DNA of 64,000 bases, taken from the NCBI GenBank assembly GCA_010909165.1, contig MU008159.1, positions 1,178,001 to 1,242,000 on the forward strand. The letters run 5' to 3'. Under the pieces are notes generated by a model that ran no database searches, was not told the origin of the DNA, and saw only the letters and a program-made list of their open reading frames with translations. A program made the position numbers and the translations under genes. Source of the DNA: Anthoceros angustus (lineage: Eukaryota; Plantae; Anthocerotophyta). Positions 49,001-62,449 of the stretch are shown piece after piece. Numbering within the stretch: the stretch's first letter is position 1; each line of letters opens with the position of its first letter.

Positions 49001-52000
49001 GAACCAAATGCTCAATAAAGGTAACACTACGGCTACCGGCTGCATATTTTGCATATCAAGAAGCTTGTAGCCCTTAGTCACTTCAATAGCCTACAAATAC
49101 AAGTTGTCTCGAGCGATTGTCAAGCTTACGTCTCTTCTCTGCAGCACATAAGCAAAGGCCGAGAACCAAATATGCGAAGATGTAAAAGACTTGGCTTTCT
49201 ATTCCAAAAGAGCTGAAAAGGTGTGCCAGAGCGAGCGAGAGGTAAGGCGGTTCAAAATGTAGGTTCTTTGTGACAACGACCCAAAAAAAAATTGGGCATC
49301 CGACCATAAAAGCATGGGCGTCATCCCCATCGAGTCTGGTTTCTTCTTTCCGCCGTTCAACTGCTGCGTGTATGGAACTATCGGTGATGAATAATGCCTT
49401 GTGTTTCGAAATGCTCAAAGGCGAGCTTGTAAATTCCCCCTCGTTGTCGGTCGGAACATCTTCTTGTGACCAGTTGCCTTTGAACAACCAACCGGTCTTG
49501 AAATATCCGAAAGGTGTCACTCTTATGCTCCATAGGGTAGGTCCATGTATATCCGCTATAGTCATCGGTGAGAGTAAAATAATATAATGCTCCACCAAGG
49601 GATTGTTCTTGAAGTCTCCCGCGATGTCGGCATGTACTAACTCCAGGCGTGGATCGAAATCGAGGAATTGTAGGAAAAGGAGTCTCCATTTGTTGCCAAA
49701 GCACAAACTTCGCATATGGGATCTTTGAAAGCAATGAGGAAGGGCTCTCATGTGATCCTGCTTTGATAAGTCAACAAGTTTAGAACGGTTTGCATGCCCA
49801 AGGCGGGCATGCCAAAATCTGACTTCGAGTTGTCAAGGGACCAACGGTGGAATTTGCTTGTTCACGGCGGATACAAGAGATATCCAGACGATACAATTCG
49901 AATCTAGGGGACTTTGAAAATACAGCGAGAAGGTGAGCTACGACGAGCAAAGCAACATGTGGTTTACGGGCGTAAGTATGAGGTCCTTCATGCATTATCT
50001 TACTAAGTGACATTAAATTTTTAGCCATCTTAGGAACATAAAGAACATCGGTAGAACTAAGGCGGTATCATCATGAAGTGGGAACTTACGGATGCCTTTA
50101 CCATGTATGTGCATTTGGTGGATTCATCACCTAAAACACTCGTTGAAAATAGTGGTAAGAGTCAAGCTAGTGAATTGAAGCTCATCACGACATATGTGAG
50201 TGGCACGCTATCAAGGTACCAACTCTACCTCACTCGTTTGAGTGCTCAGGTATTAATATTTTCTAGCTGGTTTGCTTGGTGAGGTTGAAACCTTCTCTTT
50301 TGATTGTGATGTGGCGGTCGGTGGTCAGTGTTGCCCGGGAGGCTCCCGGCCTTTTCTTTCTCACTCTCGGCCCGGTGCCAGTCCCACACCAGTGCGATTA
50401 CCTTGTCTCCTTGATGCGGAAGGTTGAGGCATTGCGGCGGTGGTTGACCTCTCCCTCCGCCTCTCATGTTGAATCGACCTCCTCTTGTCGCGAAAAACTT
50501 TGTCGGTTTAGAGCCTGTTGTCCCCTTGATGACATTTGGCGGCTCATTTCCTCTTGATATAGAGCCCCAATAACATCTGTGAGCTTGACACTCGGTGGCT
50601 CGAATGGGACCATTTGTGTGGTGACAAATGTCGTAAGCGGGAGGCGGTGGTGAGAAGGTATGCTACCGCATCCACCTCTTGCATAGTTGTGCCAAGAGCA
50701 GCCATTTGAGCACGCAAGTGCCTAAACCGACTAGTGAATCTTGTAGAATCTCCTTCCTTCATGCGCAAGGTATAAAATTGCTGCTGTTGCGCATAAGCTC
50801 ATCATTGTTTCAACTTTGTAAGTTCACGTAATGATCCCAAATTGCTTTTGCATTGGTAAGGAACTCAATTTCGGGGACAAGATCGAGACTCAAGCCCATT
50901 GACTAGGAGGGCTCTGAATTCTTGAGTTATCCCATGCATCTTTCATTTTTGAGTAGCGTAGCTCCTGCTGTTGTAGGATTAGAAGGAGTGGGATGCAGGT
51001 TTGTCCCATCAACTACATCCCGGACTCCACGAGCAAGTAAAGTGGATTTCATCGACACTCCAAATATCAAAAGCGCGTGCCATTAAATCTATCTGCTCTT
51101 GAGATCGGAGGTAAAAGTAGGGGTGACATGGTATGCGTGTGCGGTAGCTACTGTGTAGAAAGATGGAGGCGGCAAGCAAAGACTAACTAACAAGGAAGCC
51201 GTAACTAATGCGAAATGAATAGTAACCATTCAAATCTTAGTGTGTAACTATCAAGATATCTGAGCGTGCCTAAAAATAAATATAAACTAGGGCTAAAGGG
51301 AGAAAGCGATTGGGATTCAGCGAGAACATGAAGGGAAGCTGGGTGACATACTCGGTAACCCTAACGTCTCTTCATATCGCAATGGTGGAGCAATTGAGCG
51401 AATCTGACAATCCGACAACAAATCCCTAATTGCAACTCCTCTCCTTGTGCGGAAACAAATCACGGGATCGTGATAGGTGGGCAACAATGCCACGAAGATT
51501 TAGATTCTCACGCAATGGATGGCATGCTGCATTTTCTCAAGGGAAGGCAAATTAGAAACCCCAAGAAGAATGAGCAGTGATTGTCAATTCGTTGCAAATA
51601 ACGAAAACACTTCTTGCAGGCAATTAAGTGCGTTGCGGCGCTTCTCTTGCTCATGCAAAGCCTCTAGAAAAATGTCTGTCTTGCAATTGAGCCACACATT
51701 TTTCAATCCGATTACAATGAGATTCTACAAGAGAATGGATATCCTCATGTGCGAGGATTTTCGATCAAAATCTTAAACCTTCTATAGCATCATCAAGAAA
51801 CTCCAAATTAGATCGCAGCCTTTTATTGTCTAAATGCTGATATTTAGATTGTGTTTTAAAATTGTCGATTCTTGGTCACTTGTTTGGAGTGACTTCCACA
51901 AGCTGAACTTCTTGATGTCTATTTAATCTTTGCTCTGTTTAAAATTATGGAGCCTTCTTTGCTCTTCTTGCCTCTTCCGATCTTGCGGATTATTTCTCGA

Positions 52001-52353
52001 TAATTATCGAGAAAAATGCAATCGAGGCGACTTGGGGTGGGTGGAGAGATTAGTGGTCCTGTTGGTGCCTTGAAGGAAATTCACCAGCGAGAACACACGT
52101 TCTCCACGACCACGAGGCATTGCAAGATACAAAGGATTCGAGACACCATCAAGGTGCTACGATACCATGTGGAGATACCTCATGCATCTAGCAAGAAAGG
52201 CCGACATGCGAGGCATGCGAGCAATGGAAATAAAAGCGATGTGTATTTAATAATGAGCAGAAAAATGTTATATACAAAAGTAGCCTAATAACCCTAAATA
52301 GCATAACCTAAAAGTAAGTGGGATATTTAACCGTCGTGGTTATTAATCCAACA
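46099..52353 (-). mobile_element. Complete Ty1/Copia LTR retrotransposon (Copia-B) with 186-bp TG...CA LTRs (46099-46284, 52168-52353) and 5-bp TSD ATTGG
   Basis: ATTGG flanks both ends (46094-46098, 52354-52358). PBS-like TGGTATCGTAGC follows the 5' LTR and PPT AAGTGGAG precedes the 3' LTR. Internal UBN2 gag, FWHARLGH, integrase, RT and RNase H remnants are on the minus strand. Confidence 0.94.
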
Positions 52354-52829
52354 ATTGGTGATGTTGATTCCTGCAGCCTGGTTATGTTTGGGCCAGCAAG
52401 GGCCGGGTTCCCCGGTTTGGTGTGGGGAGGACGGCGGGTGTTGTGGTTCTTGCTTGCGTGTTAGTGGTCGCTTTGGTGATTTTAGTGGGCCGTGGATGAT
52501 GTCGGGGATTGGTGATGGTGGTCTATCTTGTTGATTGATCGTTGGTGATGTGGATGATGGCATGGTGATAAGGTGGGCCATTGGTGATGTCATGGATGGG
52601 TGGAGCTACATTTGCGACCCTTAGTGATGTGGTGGATGTGTTGGTGTTGTGGATGATGGAATGGTGATCACATGCGGTTTGGTGATGTTTGGAGTTGTTC
52701 CATTTTAGTTGGCATCACTTGGTGACCTCGTGTCCGTCGTTGGAAGTGTGTTGCACGTTTTGATATTGGCCATCCATCGGTGATACCACCGTTCTAGGTG
52801 TATGTAATGAAATCGCTGCGTGATGTGTG

Positions 52830-54560
52830 CGACAATTCTACACGGTTCTGCGAAGAGCATCGACATTTCAATTGGGCAGCGAACTTTTGAGAAATTGAAG
52901 CCGTATTTTGTGAAGACTGCGAGGAACTTGTCTTATTCTTGGTATCATGTGGAAATGGCCTTTCTCAAGGCGCTTTCAATGCTATGTGCGGTTGTCTTTC
53001 AAGTGTGCATCCAGGTCAATGTCAGTCCATGTGACATATGTGCTCCCCAAGAAGGTGACGAGCTTGTTCAAGAGTGTAGTGCGAGCAACACATGTGTTGT
53101 ATCTGTCGGATGTTGTGCTGCTTTGTGTGCGAAGGAGGCAAACGCTGGATGGCACAACCTCGCATGTTTGCAGGGCACTTGTGGCCGCTGTGGGGTGGGG
53201 CAAATTGGCTTCTGTCCCGCCGAGTCATCGAATGATAAGCTTCCTCAGTCCGTCCTCAGGTGGCGCCGTTTTCAATACCAAGTCGTTGGTTCTGACCAAG
53301 ATGGGCATGAGAAGAAGCGGATCAAACTTGTTTTCATGGAGACTCATCCAGCTGATTTTGTCATGTACTTGAAAGAAAAATTGAAAGAGTTCATCACGCG
53401 ATTTTGTGCGATGGCAAGGGTTGGAATTTCGTCGATTCTTGGAGTGGTTCCGTGATGTTGTCGTCTCTGTCATGGACTTGATCGAACTATGCGTTTGGTG
53501 TTCAAAGCGAAATTCAATCTATGCATTGGCATAATGACCAGTTTCGATTTTTGTCTTGGTGTTCTATAGGAGGGCGGGTCCAATTGATGCACGAGGAACC
53601 GGCTGCTAACATCGACAAATACTATCACTTCTACATCGTGATGATATGGTCCACGATACACTGCTAACGCCTCATGTTGCATTGGCGGTGGATGCGTGAT
53701 CTGGGTTTCCGTGCCGGGAACATTGGTGTTGGTCGATGGGGCAGCTAGTCAATTTAAAGCATGTAGGCCTTCTTACTTTGTTGCGGTACCCTAAGCTTGG
53801 TGGTTGCAAGATGCTATGGTCGTTCTTTGGCGGTGGGGCATGGCAAAGGCGAACATGAAGTGCAATCTTGAAAAGGGCATTGCGGTGCGAGTCCTCTCGA
53901 ATGCTCATTGCGATCGCCTCGATGTTGTCACCTACTTAAGAGAACATCTCGGTGCAACAACGTCGTCTGAGGAGAGCATCGTCCATAGGAGCTTGGTGAT
54001 TGGGAAAAGCGAGGTGAGCAGGAGGAACAAGTTTAATTGTGACCCAATACAGGTCAAAAAATGCATAGCATATATGGTTTCGGCCTTCTGGACCCAACTC
54101 AAGCGAAAATGCATGTTGGCATGTACATCTTGTTGTCTTGATCGGCATTCTCTATGTCGCCCATGCGGGGATCTGGAGACTCGTATCCATTAGGCCACAT
54201 GGACAACCCACGGAGCCGTACTCGGAGAAGAGGCCGGGATCTTTGAGTCGGCGGATACCTTCGCCGTTTGCTACTCGGGAGGAACAAGGAGCTTTGGAAA
54301 CTACCGTTGATGGCCTTACGATGATGCTATGGAGGATGTGTCGGACATGGCCGACCTCCTAGAAGTTGATACGTTTGTTGTGCCCGACATCGAGGCGAGG
54401 GGCAATTGTTTTACCTTGTGCGTTGCACACGGTTGAAGCAAACCCTCTGTAACAAGTGGTGCCCTTGGAGCAACTCAACATTAAGTGGGAGAAGTGGTTA
54501 TGTGGCGATTACACACTCCACACGACGGCGCGTCTGTGTACACCTGGCAGAGAATGAGGA
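52830..54560 (+). mobile_element. Sola2-like DDD transposase relic
   Basis: Frameshift-joined motifs IGQRTFEKLKPYFVK, a Cys-rich region, VVSVMD-x-NYAFGVQSEIQSMHWHNDQ, FYI-DD-VHDT, HWCWSDG-ASQFK and WSFF-GHGKGEH. This matches my recollection of the Sola2 DFAENY/QSxHW/SDGCAxQ/HGKG pattern. Confidence 0.65.
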
Positions 54561-57500
54561 GTGCACCCTTCATGCCGGTCCTAAGTTGCAAGATTGAATT
54601 GCGGGTGTACGATAGTGAAGGTGTGGAGTGCTATTCTTTAGAGGGAAGCTCTCGGTGACCACCTTGGTAAGAGAAAGCAACTCGAGCCTTGTGCTAGAAA
54701 GCACATGTGCGTAATGATTGGTCTCCTCTATGTACGAGGCCCACGTTTGGCAAACATAACCGCGACCACCAAACAGCTGGTCACTAACTATTTGCTCACT
54801 AACCGGTTGTCACTAAGGTGGCGCCTGTGCACGAAGTTATTTTGCAAATGGGTCTTGTCCATGTTAACACGTTGATACATGGCTTCTTTAGGGGTCTGAA
54901 GGTCCAAGCAGGATGCACACATATGCGATTGCATTCATGCAAAACACTTATTCGTGGAATTTGCTTACAAGGGCATTTGCATTAAAAGTTGAGTTCTGGT
55001 CTCGGGACACATGATTATCCGCCACACGTTGAAGCCCACTTTACGCCAATTGACCTTGGCGTGGTGTCCACAGGCCTTGTCCTTGGTGGCACATAGTCAG
55101 GCTTTAAATGGCGTGGCACAACTGGCGGGTCAGTCACATCTTCATATACAGCTACAACAGAATGCAATGGCCGCCATGTGCTCTAACTTGGGTCTGTGAT
55201 TTGTCGAACCCTGCACCGGACTCCTCTGGTTCCGCCTTGATCTTTGGGAGAAGCCATGGCCGAGGCAAGGAGCTTGATGGAAAGGTTTTGGCAATGCGGG
55301 TTCCAAGATCGGCGGCGGTGGCGTGGCGGCGTTCTTGGGCTTCGCGAAGAGGGGCGTGGATCGCCATATGCGGAAGACCTCAAGTCGCTCGGCATTGCGG
55401 AAGGGATGTCGACCGTGTTGTTGAGGATGATTGTGACATGGGTGTTATAGACAATGAATCAAGGATGGCGTGGAAAGTGGCGACTCTTGATGGCGCGGGT
55501 TTGCCAACTACGCAATGGAAGCATCTTTGTTAGCTACGGTCTTGTGATTGGGGCCGTCTTCCACATTCTTTGGATAGCTGGACATGGCGTGCATGTTGTT
55601 GTCGAAGCCCTTTTAGGCGGCGTGCTTGGATGTAGTTGTTACCCAAGCCTCGTAACTTGATCCCTCCCGGTGTGAACGAGTTGGAAAGGATGTTGTGTGG
55701 CATGTGCTAATGCAAGGCGGGTTGAAGGCATGTTTCGTTAATGTCAAGTGCAGGTAAATCTTGTTGCCTCATGTCGGCAAGTTTATCGGTGACCATTGTA
55801 TGTGGATCAACCAAAAAGCAGGCCTCCTTAACAACCCTACATTTAGGCATGGGTGCCTAGAAACTCAAAACCACGCGATTGCCGACCATACCGCCAAGAC
55901 AATCACTTGACCGTCAAGTCCCTCCTTGTCATGCTCCCTCTTACAGTCGATATTTGGCGATTGTGGGGCTCAATACACACTGGATGTCTTGGGTAGCCTT
56001 GGGATGGCGGTCATCAGTTTGTTGCCAAAACCATGTCCTCCTCTATTGCGGTGGGGTGACCACGGACACGAGTTAAGGAGCTGGTACACCCTCCAATTTG
56101 GCTCTGCTCGTAATAATAAGCCATGATCACCCTATCGCCAATAGGAAACACCTTGCCGCTTTGCCATGCTTTGTCGAAAGCGGCTTGGCTATGTGGGGCC
56201 GCGTCGATATGTACATAGAACTCCACATGCTCTACATTTCCCTTGCCCGGCACCATAAAGTTACTACGCGGACCGTGTCCGCTCATAAGACCTTGAGGCA
56301 TGGGTGGGCGGGCACTTCATCCACATTCTCTCGGTGACCATTGAGCACCCTTGTGCTTCCACGGATGTTTCTTTTGGGGGCTGTTTCTTCTTCCTTTTCG
56401 CCTCCGGCTTGAACTTGGGGGAGGTCGTCCTGGGACTGCATGCATCTTGCTCTCCTTTCCTTCATTGGTTTTCTGATTCGCCGATTACTGCGAACTCGTC
56501 AACCATTTCAAAAGTCACCATTTCATTCGCGGGCCCACCTTCTTCATTGGGCATGATGGGCCCACCACCACTTGCAAGAACACCGTCCGTCGACCAAGGT
56601 GAAGAGCACGACATTGATTCACAGTTGCAAGTATGTTCCGATCGGTACGAGCACCGCCTCCACATCCAGGATGCTCCAAAAGTTTTTGATGTTCGCTGAT
56701 TGAGGCGTCATCATAACAACCCTATCTGCTATAACTTGATTGGCACCAATCATCACCGGTATCCATGCCACCCTCATGATCTCCACCGCCACCACAGCTG
56801 CAAGCGGTGGACATCACCGGTTGTCGTCAATGCCAAATGGACACTTGGTCGGCCGTCACTTGCCACATGATCCAAGATATTGGTCACGGTAGAACACCAC
56901 GACTCCTCGATTCGTCACATTTATCAACACATTCAATTGCGGCCACCTCCAAGTTATCACTTGATTCACAAGACTCTGGACACCACAACCATTTCATCAC
57001 CTACATCCACACCTCCACTCGAATACCGGTGGGAAACCGTTATGCATCAATAAGAGGCGCACAATACACCGTGACCAACGAGAGCGTGAGGCGCCACCGT
57101 TGTAGCTTGTCTTGTGGCACGGTCATCTGCAACGGACAAACATGTACTCAAAGTGTAGACAAAGATCTAGTTTCAACAAAGCAATGCCCTCACAAACCCA
57201 CACGATGTCCTTCGGAGGAACACGCACATGCCAACACGTGCATTCCTCACCAACTTCAACCCAGAGACCTTGTGTCTGGCGGCCTTGGTGGAGTAGGAGC
57301 TATGTCCAGAGCGGGCGCTCGTGTGGGCACTGCGTGGGGACAACGTCATCTTCAATTTGTGAGTCTAGCACCACTGCGAGTAATCTGCCCAAACATGCGC
57401 GAACAACACGAGGCTTTTCCCTCCGGGCATTGGGGTCTCGAAGGAATTCACGTAGGCTTCATGTGCCTCCCTTGGCCTTGCAAGCAAATTCATCAGCTAC

Positions 57501-57699
57501 AGTGCGAGAAATCGTTGACATCGTCGTTGGCATAATTGCACCTGGACGAGTTCGATCTGTGTATGACAAAATTTAGTCGAGCGGACTTCAACGAAAATGG
57601 ACAAGACAACAAACCGGAGAAGCATGGAACATACATATTGGAGACTCAAGATTTTTTCTTGGTGTGGCCAACCAATTCTTCTTGGTGATTGTGACTCAA

Positions 57700-59450
57700 T
57701 GTCTTTCCATCCTCATGGTCGCCGGGTCTCCAATGCACTCGAGGAACTCTTTCTCCCAAGTGTCTCTGGTCCTGTTCCCATGGAAGGAGCTTCTCCTCGG
57801 TGCTTTGATCGATCACCCTTCGCTCTCAACCATGATGCAGGCACATCATTGCACCACAGGACGTGGGCAGCAACAATGTTTGTCAAGTGCGATCTGAGGT
57901 ATATCGTGGAAGCAATGGCCACATGGAGTGAACACCATCTACAGGCGTACCACGCCATGACACACATTACACTTTAGGACACACGAGCTTGCGGCTTTGA
58001 AGGAAAACCAGTTGCGTGAGAAAGGGATCACCTTGGCCTTGGCACCACATGACTAGGTGGTGCCAAGGCCACCTCTGTCCGCCACCCACCACTACATCAC
58101 CAAGTCCAGCAACCCATCCACGAAACCATGACATCACCGAGCCACCACCCACCAACCTACCACTACATCACGAATGCCACCTGCCCACCTACCCCTACAG
58201 ACGAAGGCCATAACACCGCACAAGCCATGCACTACATCACCAAGGCCACCAAAAGCTCACGGGACACCCAGATGAACACAGACCAATTCCTCACCATCCC
58301 GTCAAGTGATCACCCACCCTTCCACCGGAGAACACATGAGTCACCACCCCTTGAGCACCCCTACCACCACCTCACCATCCGTGAGCGTCACGCAGCACCC
58401 AACCTGCGGCACATCACCATAAGGAAAACATCGGTCGGACACCTCGTCCGTGTGCAAGAATCCACCACACGTACACTGCGCCGTTGACGGGGCATGACTT
58501 GGCGGGAGGCGGGGAGCCGACACGCGGGTGATCCATGTTACATGCCCGGTGTTGAGCCGGAGAACATCCCTGTTTTCAAGAGAAGCCGGTGTCCGGAGCT
58601 TGTTCCTCAGTTTTCTCCTTCAAGCGGTCGAAACACCCTCGGAATATTTAGTTTTGTCAAGCAATTTGAATCTTGTCTGAGTCTGAATACTCTCGTAAAT
58701 CGAGCCCTCCACTATTCATGACCATGTCGGCAAGCTGGACCTTGGTGTTGCCCAAATCCAAGAGTGCCTCCTCCCCATCTTTTGACAAAAGCGACCTCCT
58801 CCATGACAAGCTTCCAACTCTCTGCAATTTTTCCACAGACCTCATCCATGACAACCTTTGGTGCCCATGGCTCAAGACACGTAGCTTTGGCCGGTGTCAC
58901 TTTTCTCGCCGCCACTGCGGCAATGATTGGAGACTCCTCGTCTCCCTTCTTGCCGGCCTCCTCTTCTACATTCTTTGCGGTAGGAGGTCCGTCCTTCTTC
59001 ATGGCCTTCCTTCCTCTTCCCAACTCGAGAGCTCCAGATTCTTTGGGAGGATCGCCTCGTGGGCTTCTCAGCTCACGGAGTGGAACACTCTTCCACATCA
59101 ACCTCCGCTCTGCATCATCACCACCACAACAGGTTGTGAAGAATCGTTGTATTCTCTGCGGATGGGACTTCCACACTGTGATTTCTTCTCCATCGCATCG
59201 CCTTATCACCTTCCTCTTCTCAGCTAAATAGTACTCAAACCAATTCACACGCTTGCCAAGCTTCTTCTCGATTAGGAACCCAAGTGCCTGGCGTGGCACC
59301 CTTGATCTGCAGTGGGAGCCCATCTGACTTCTCAACAAGACTATCAACATCGTCCACTCTATGTCGACGGTGTCAGATCCCCAAGAGGTATCCATCGTTC
59401 CCATTAGTGACATCCCCAAAATGCCTCTTGATCTCATCTTCACCTCCAAT
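57700..59450 (-). pseudogene. Probable transposon accessory gene: globular N-terminus, charged linker, coiled coil, RING-H2-like finger
   Basis: ORF 58712-59449 (LGFLIEKKLGKRVNWFEYYLAE...). After a GT-rich stretch, KCNVCHGVV...VFTPCGHCFHDI...CP at about 57860-57975. Confidence 0.45.
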
Positions 59451-59789
59451 AGCCTCCTTTAGTCCAACTGTTGACATCTCACATTCACACCGTAGTTGAC
59501 AATTCCATATCACCGTAGTGCCAACACCAATGCTCCCCACAATTTTTAGAATGTCGTGTCCTTGCAGCCGCAGACACCTTTGCTCTATCCTAGCCTTGTG
59601 GCGCCTAGCGTTCTGTCCATCTTGCTTGCAGGGCGCTTGACACACCAGTATCGCCGGCGCTCGCCACCGCCGAGCCTTCACCCTACGTTGCTAGTGACAT
59701 GGTGTCCTTCACCTCAGCATGCCTTGTCCGCGCCCACTCCCGTTTGGCCGCACCACGGCGCTCCTCGTTCGGGAAGGCGGTGCCGCGGC

Positions 59790-60185
59790 GAACCCGCCGC
59801 CCGCACAAACCCACCGCCTATTGCACTGCGAGCTCCCAAATCCGGCCGTAGAAAGCGATTCGACTCCAAGCGGGTTCTGCGCGATCCGCTGCCGTCACAC
59901 CTACTATTCCGCGCGCGAAAGCTCTAGCGAAGACATATAGGGACTCACGGAAAACCTCAAGTGGTGGCTGCCTCAGAGTTCGCCGCGCGCACTCTTCGCC
60001 GCACCACAACTCCACGTTCCACGAAAAGGTGCCGCCGACGGACCAAACGCCTGCACAAAGCCACCGCACTGCCGAGCTACCAAATCCGGCCGTAAGCGGT
60101 TCCGACCCCAAGCGACCTGCACAATCACCGTCACACCACCTATTGCCCGACATAGCTCTAGCAAAACCCATGTAGGGACTCCACA
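59790..60185. repeat. Two diverged copies of a ~150-bp block about 250 bp apart
   Basis: GCACTG(C)CGAGCT(C/A)CCAAATCCGGCCGTA...GCTCTAGC...TAGGGACTC occurs at about 59822-59947 and 60065-60181. Confidence 0.75.
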
Positions 60186-60729
60186 TGGTCGACAATGTCC
60201 TCACCGCCTGCCGTCAAGGTTGAGCTCGCGGGTGATGCATGCACAAATCCAATGCTTGTGAGTCTCAACATTAGGAGCACGGTGATGGAAATAACCTCAT
60301 TATCACCCTTAAAAGTCAACGAGCATCCCGCTCGTTTCGCCTCCCCTTCCGTCGGTCACTTACGAGTTTGTATAATAAATTGTCCCTAGCATATATAGCA
60401 AGACTTAAACCAATAATATATCAAATAAATCAATTTTCCAAATAAAAAAATTAAATATATCTATGAAGTTAAAAGCGAATAGCCCTAAAAATATCGGTCA
60501 AAATGGGCATAATTTCAATTGTTAAAAGAAATAACGTAATGCAAAACACCACTTAGAGCCGGTTTAGCAGATTTCCAAATTAGTGGTCACCTAACCATGC
60601 TCACACCTAGCGGCGAATTGGATAATAGGAGTTCTTTAATAACAAAATAGGCTGCGTGTCCATAACACACCCTCTGCCTTTGCTGTTGCAGGAGAATTGT
60701 GCAGCACTCCACAGAGGAAATGCAAAGGT

Positions 60730-62050
60730 GGGAAAGTGCTTGGGGCCAATCATGAAATGATCCGGTAATAAAGTATGTCCGGCAATGGGTAAGCCAAGCG
60801 GATCATCAACCTTCTTCAAGCGCCACTTACCGTACCGAGGATATTCATAAAATATGGTTGAAGGACACTATGCATAATTGAAATTTGAACAGCATGGAAA
60901 TCAGCCTTGTGGAATGTGTTGACGGTCCGATGGGACACTCCTCCTTGCTGAGTTGAGGAAGTGGAGGATCTGGAAGCTCAAAAGCGTGGTTGTGGCTTAT
61001 TCAGCATGAAAAGAAACAATGAGGCTACCTTCCTCCGCATCATACTCGCCTCGAGGAGGCATTAGATCTTGTCAAAAATGAAATATGTAGGATGAGACCA
61101 CAGCAGGCAGGTTCGGAAGGCGAACTTGGCAGCGTGCCCTCCGAGGTAGAACCAAAGCTCACCGGCCTAAAAGCCATGACCTGACCATTTACTCACCGCA
61201 ATATTACCTTCCGATCGCGGTGACAAGTGGTCGCTTGTAAAGACCCGCAGTGTACATATGGAGCCTTATGCACTGCCATTGGTGCACTCTATCGATGGAT
61301 ATGCAAAATCATACCGTGGCGATATCTCACCGAATGAAGTCAGGTTATAGACATCATGATTGAGCTTGAGAAATGCATGCCTTGACATTGGAACCCGATG
61401 CAACATATGATCATCCATCTTCTTGTGAAATTGAAACCCATGGCACCTTTATGCAGTGCGGTGGATGTATCCCTTTGAAAGCATATGCACGTCCTCAAAG
61501 CGATCATGCGTAAGCAGGAGGAAGTATGCGACGGGTTACTTATCAATGGAATGCATGTTTTTGGCAGCAGATTACCTTGCGGCGTACGGGCACCAATTCA
61601 AGTACATGACCTCGGACCACCTTACAGAACGGCCTATTGGGAAACCCAGACCGATAACTCTTAGCAGGGATGAGCAAAAACGCTTGCATTGGTATCTCGT
61701 CCAGAATTCAGATGCATTGCAGTCCCTCCGACTTGAGTTCTATGAAGCATATCAGGGGCGCCTTTCTTATCTTCAATGGCTTGAGGAAGGAGTTACAGGG
61801 GGCATTTGGACACATTTGCCCGGCATTCTCGGATATTCGGGCTCTAGTGGCGGCTGAATATCATTGGATGCCTCTGTGGATTAGAACTAAGGGGCTACCA
61901 TTTCGAGGACAAGGGTTGCGATCAGCGCCCGTCGGCAACATGGGACTCTTGGGTGTATGGACAATTAGAGCATGGAAGAAGGCTCTAGAGAATTTTTTGG
62001 TCAAATTAAGAAGAAGTGCACGAGCGATGCACCCAGCGATCGCACAATTG
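60730..62050 (+). mobile_element. CACTA TnpD-like transposase relic
   Basis: VCPAMGKP...FFKRHLP (Transposase_21 C-terminal region), then WNPMQHMIIHL...RWMYPFE...GSMATGYLSMEC (DUF4218-like); same family as 26555-29962. Confidence 0.75.
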
Positions 62051-62449
62051 TCTTTAATGTGAGTGGTTGAATGTGACACTTAGCAGCGATACCATCCATG
62101 GAAGTGGATATAGCGGGTTATGTTTGTGGATCTGTGAAGGCCGTCGGTACCACCGCGATCAAGAACCGGCCTTTTACTTTCCTCGCCATGTATGACTCAT
62201 TTGCTCATCCAGTTGGAGAGGGCGACATTGGTATATATACACCGTTCTCTTGGATGCATTGCATGGAAGTCTAAAGTTGGGCGTGGTGAACATATTAAAG
62301 TATCACGGAGTATTGGCAAGTGAATCTAGACTTATTTCTTTCAAACATTAGGACCACGATCTCAAGTGTGCTCATTGAAATGGAGAAAGCTAGTAGTCTC
62401 TGCAAACAAGAAAAGCAAATGAAATAGCTAGCACTTTAATGAAGCCCCC

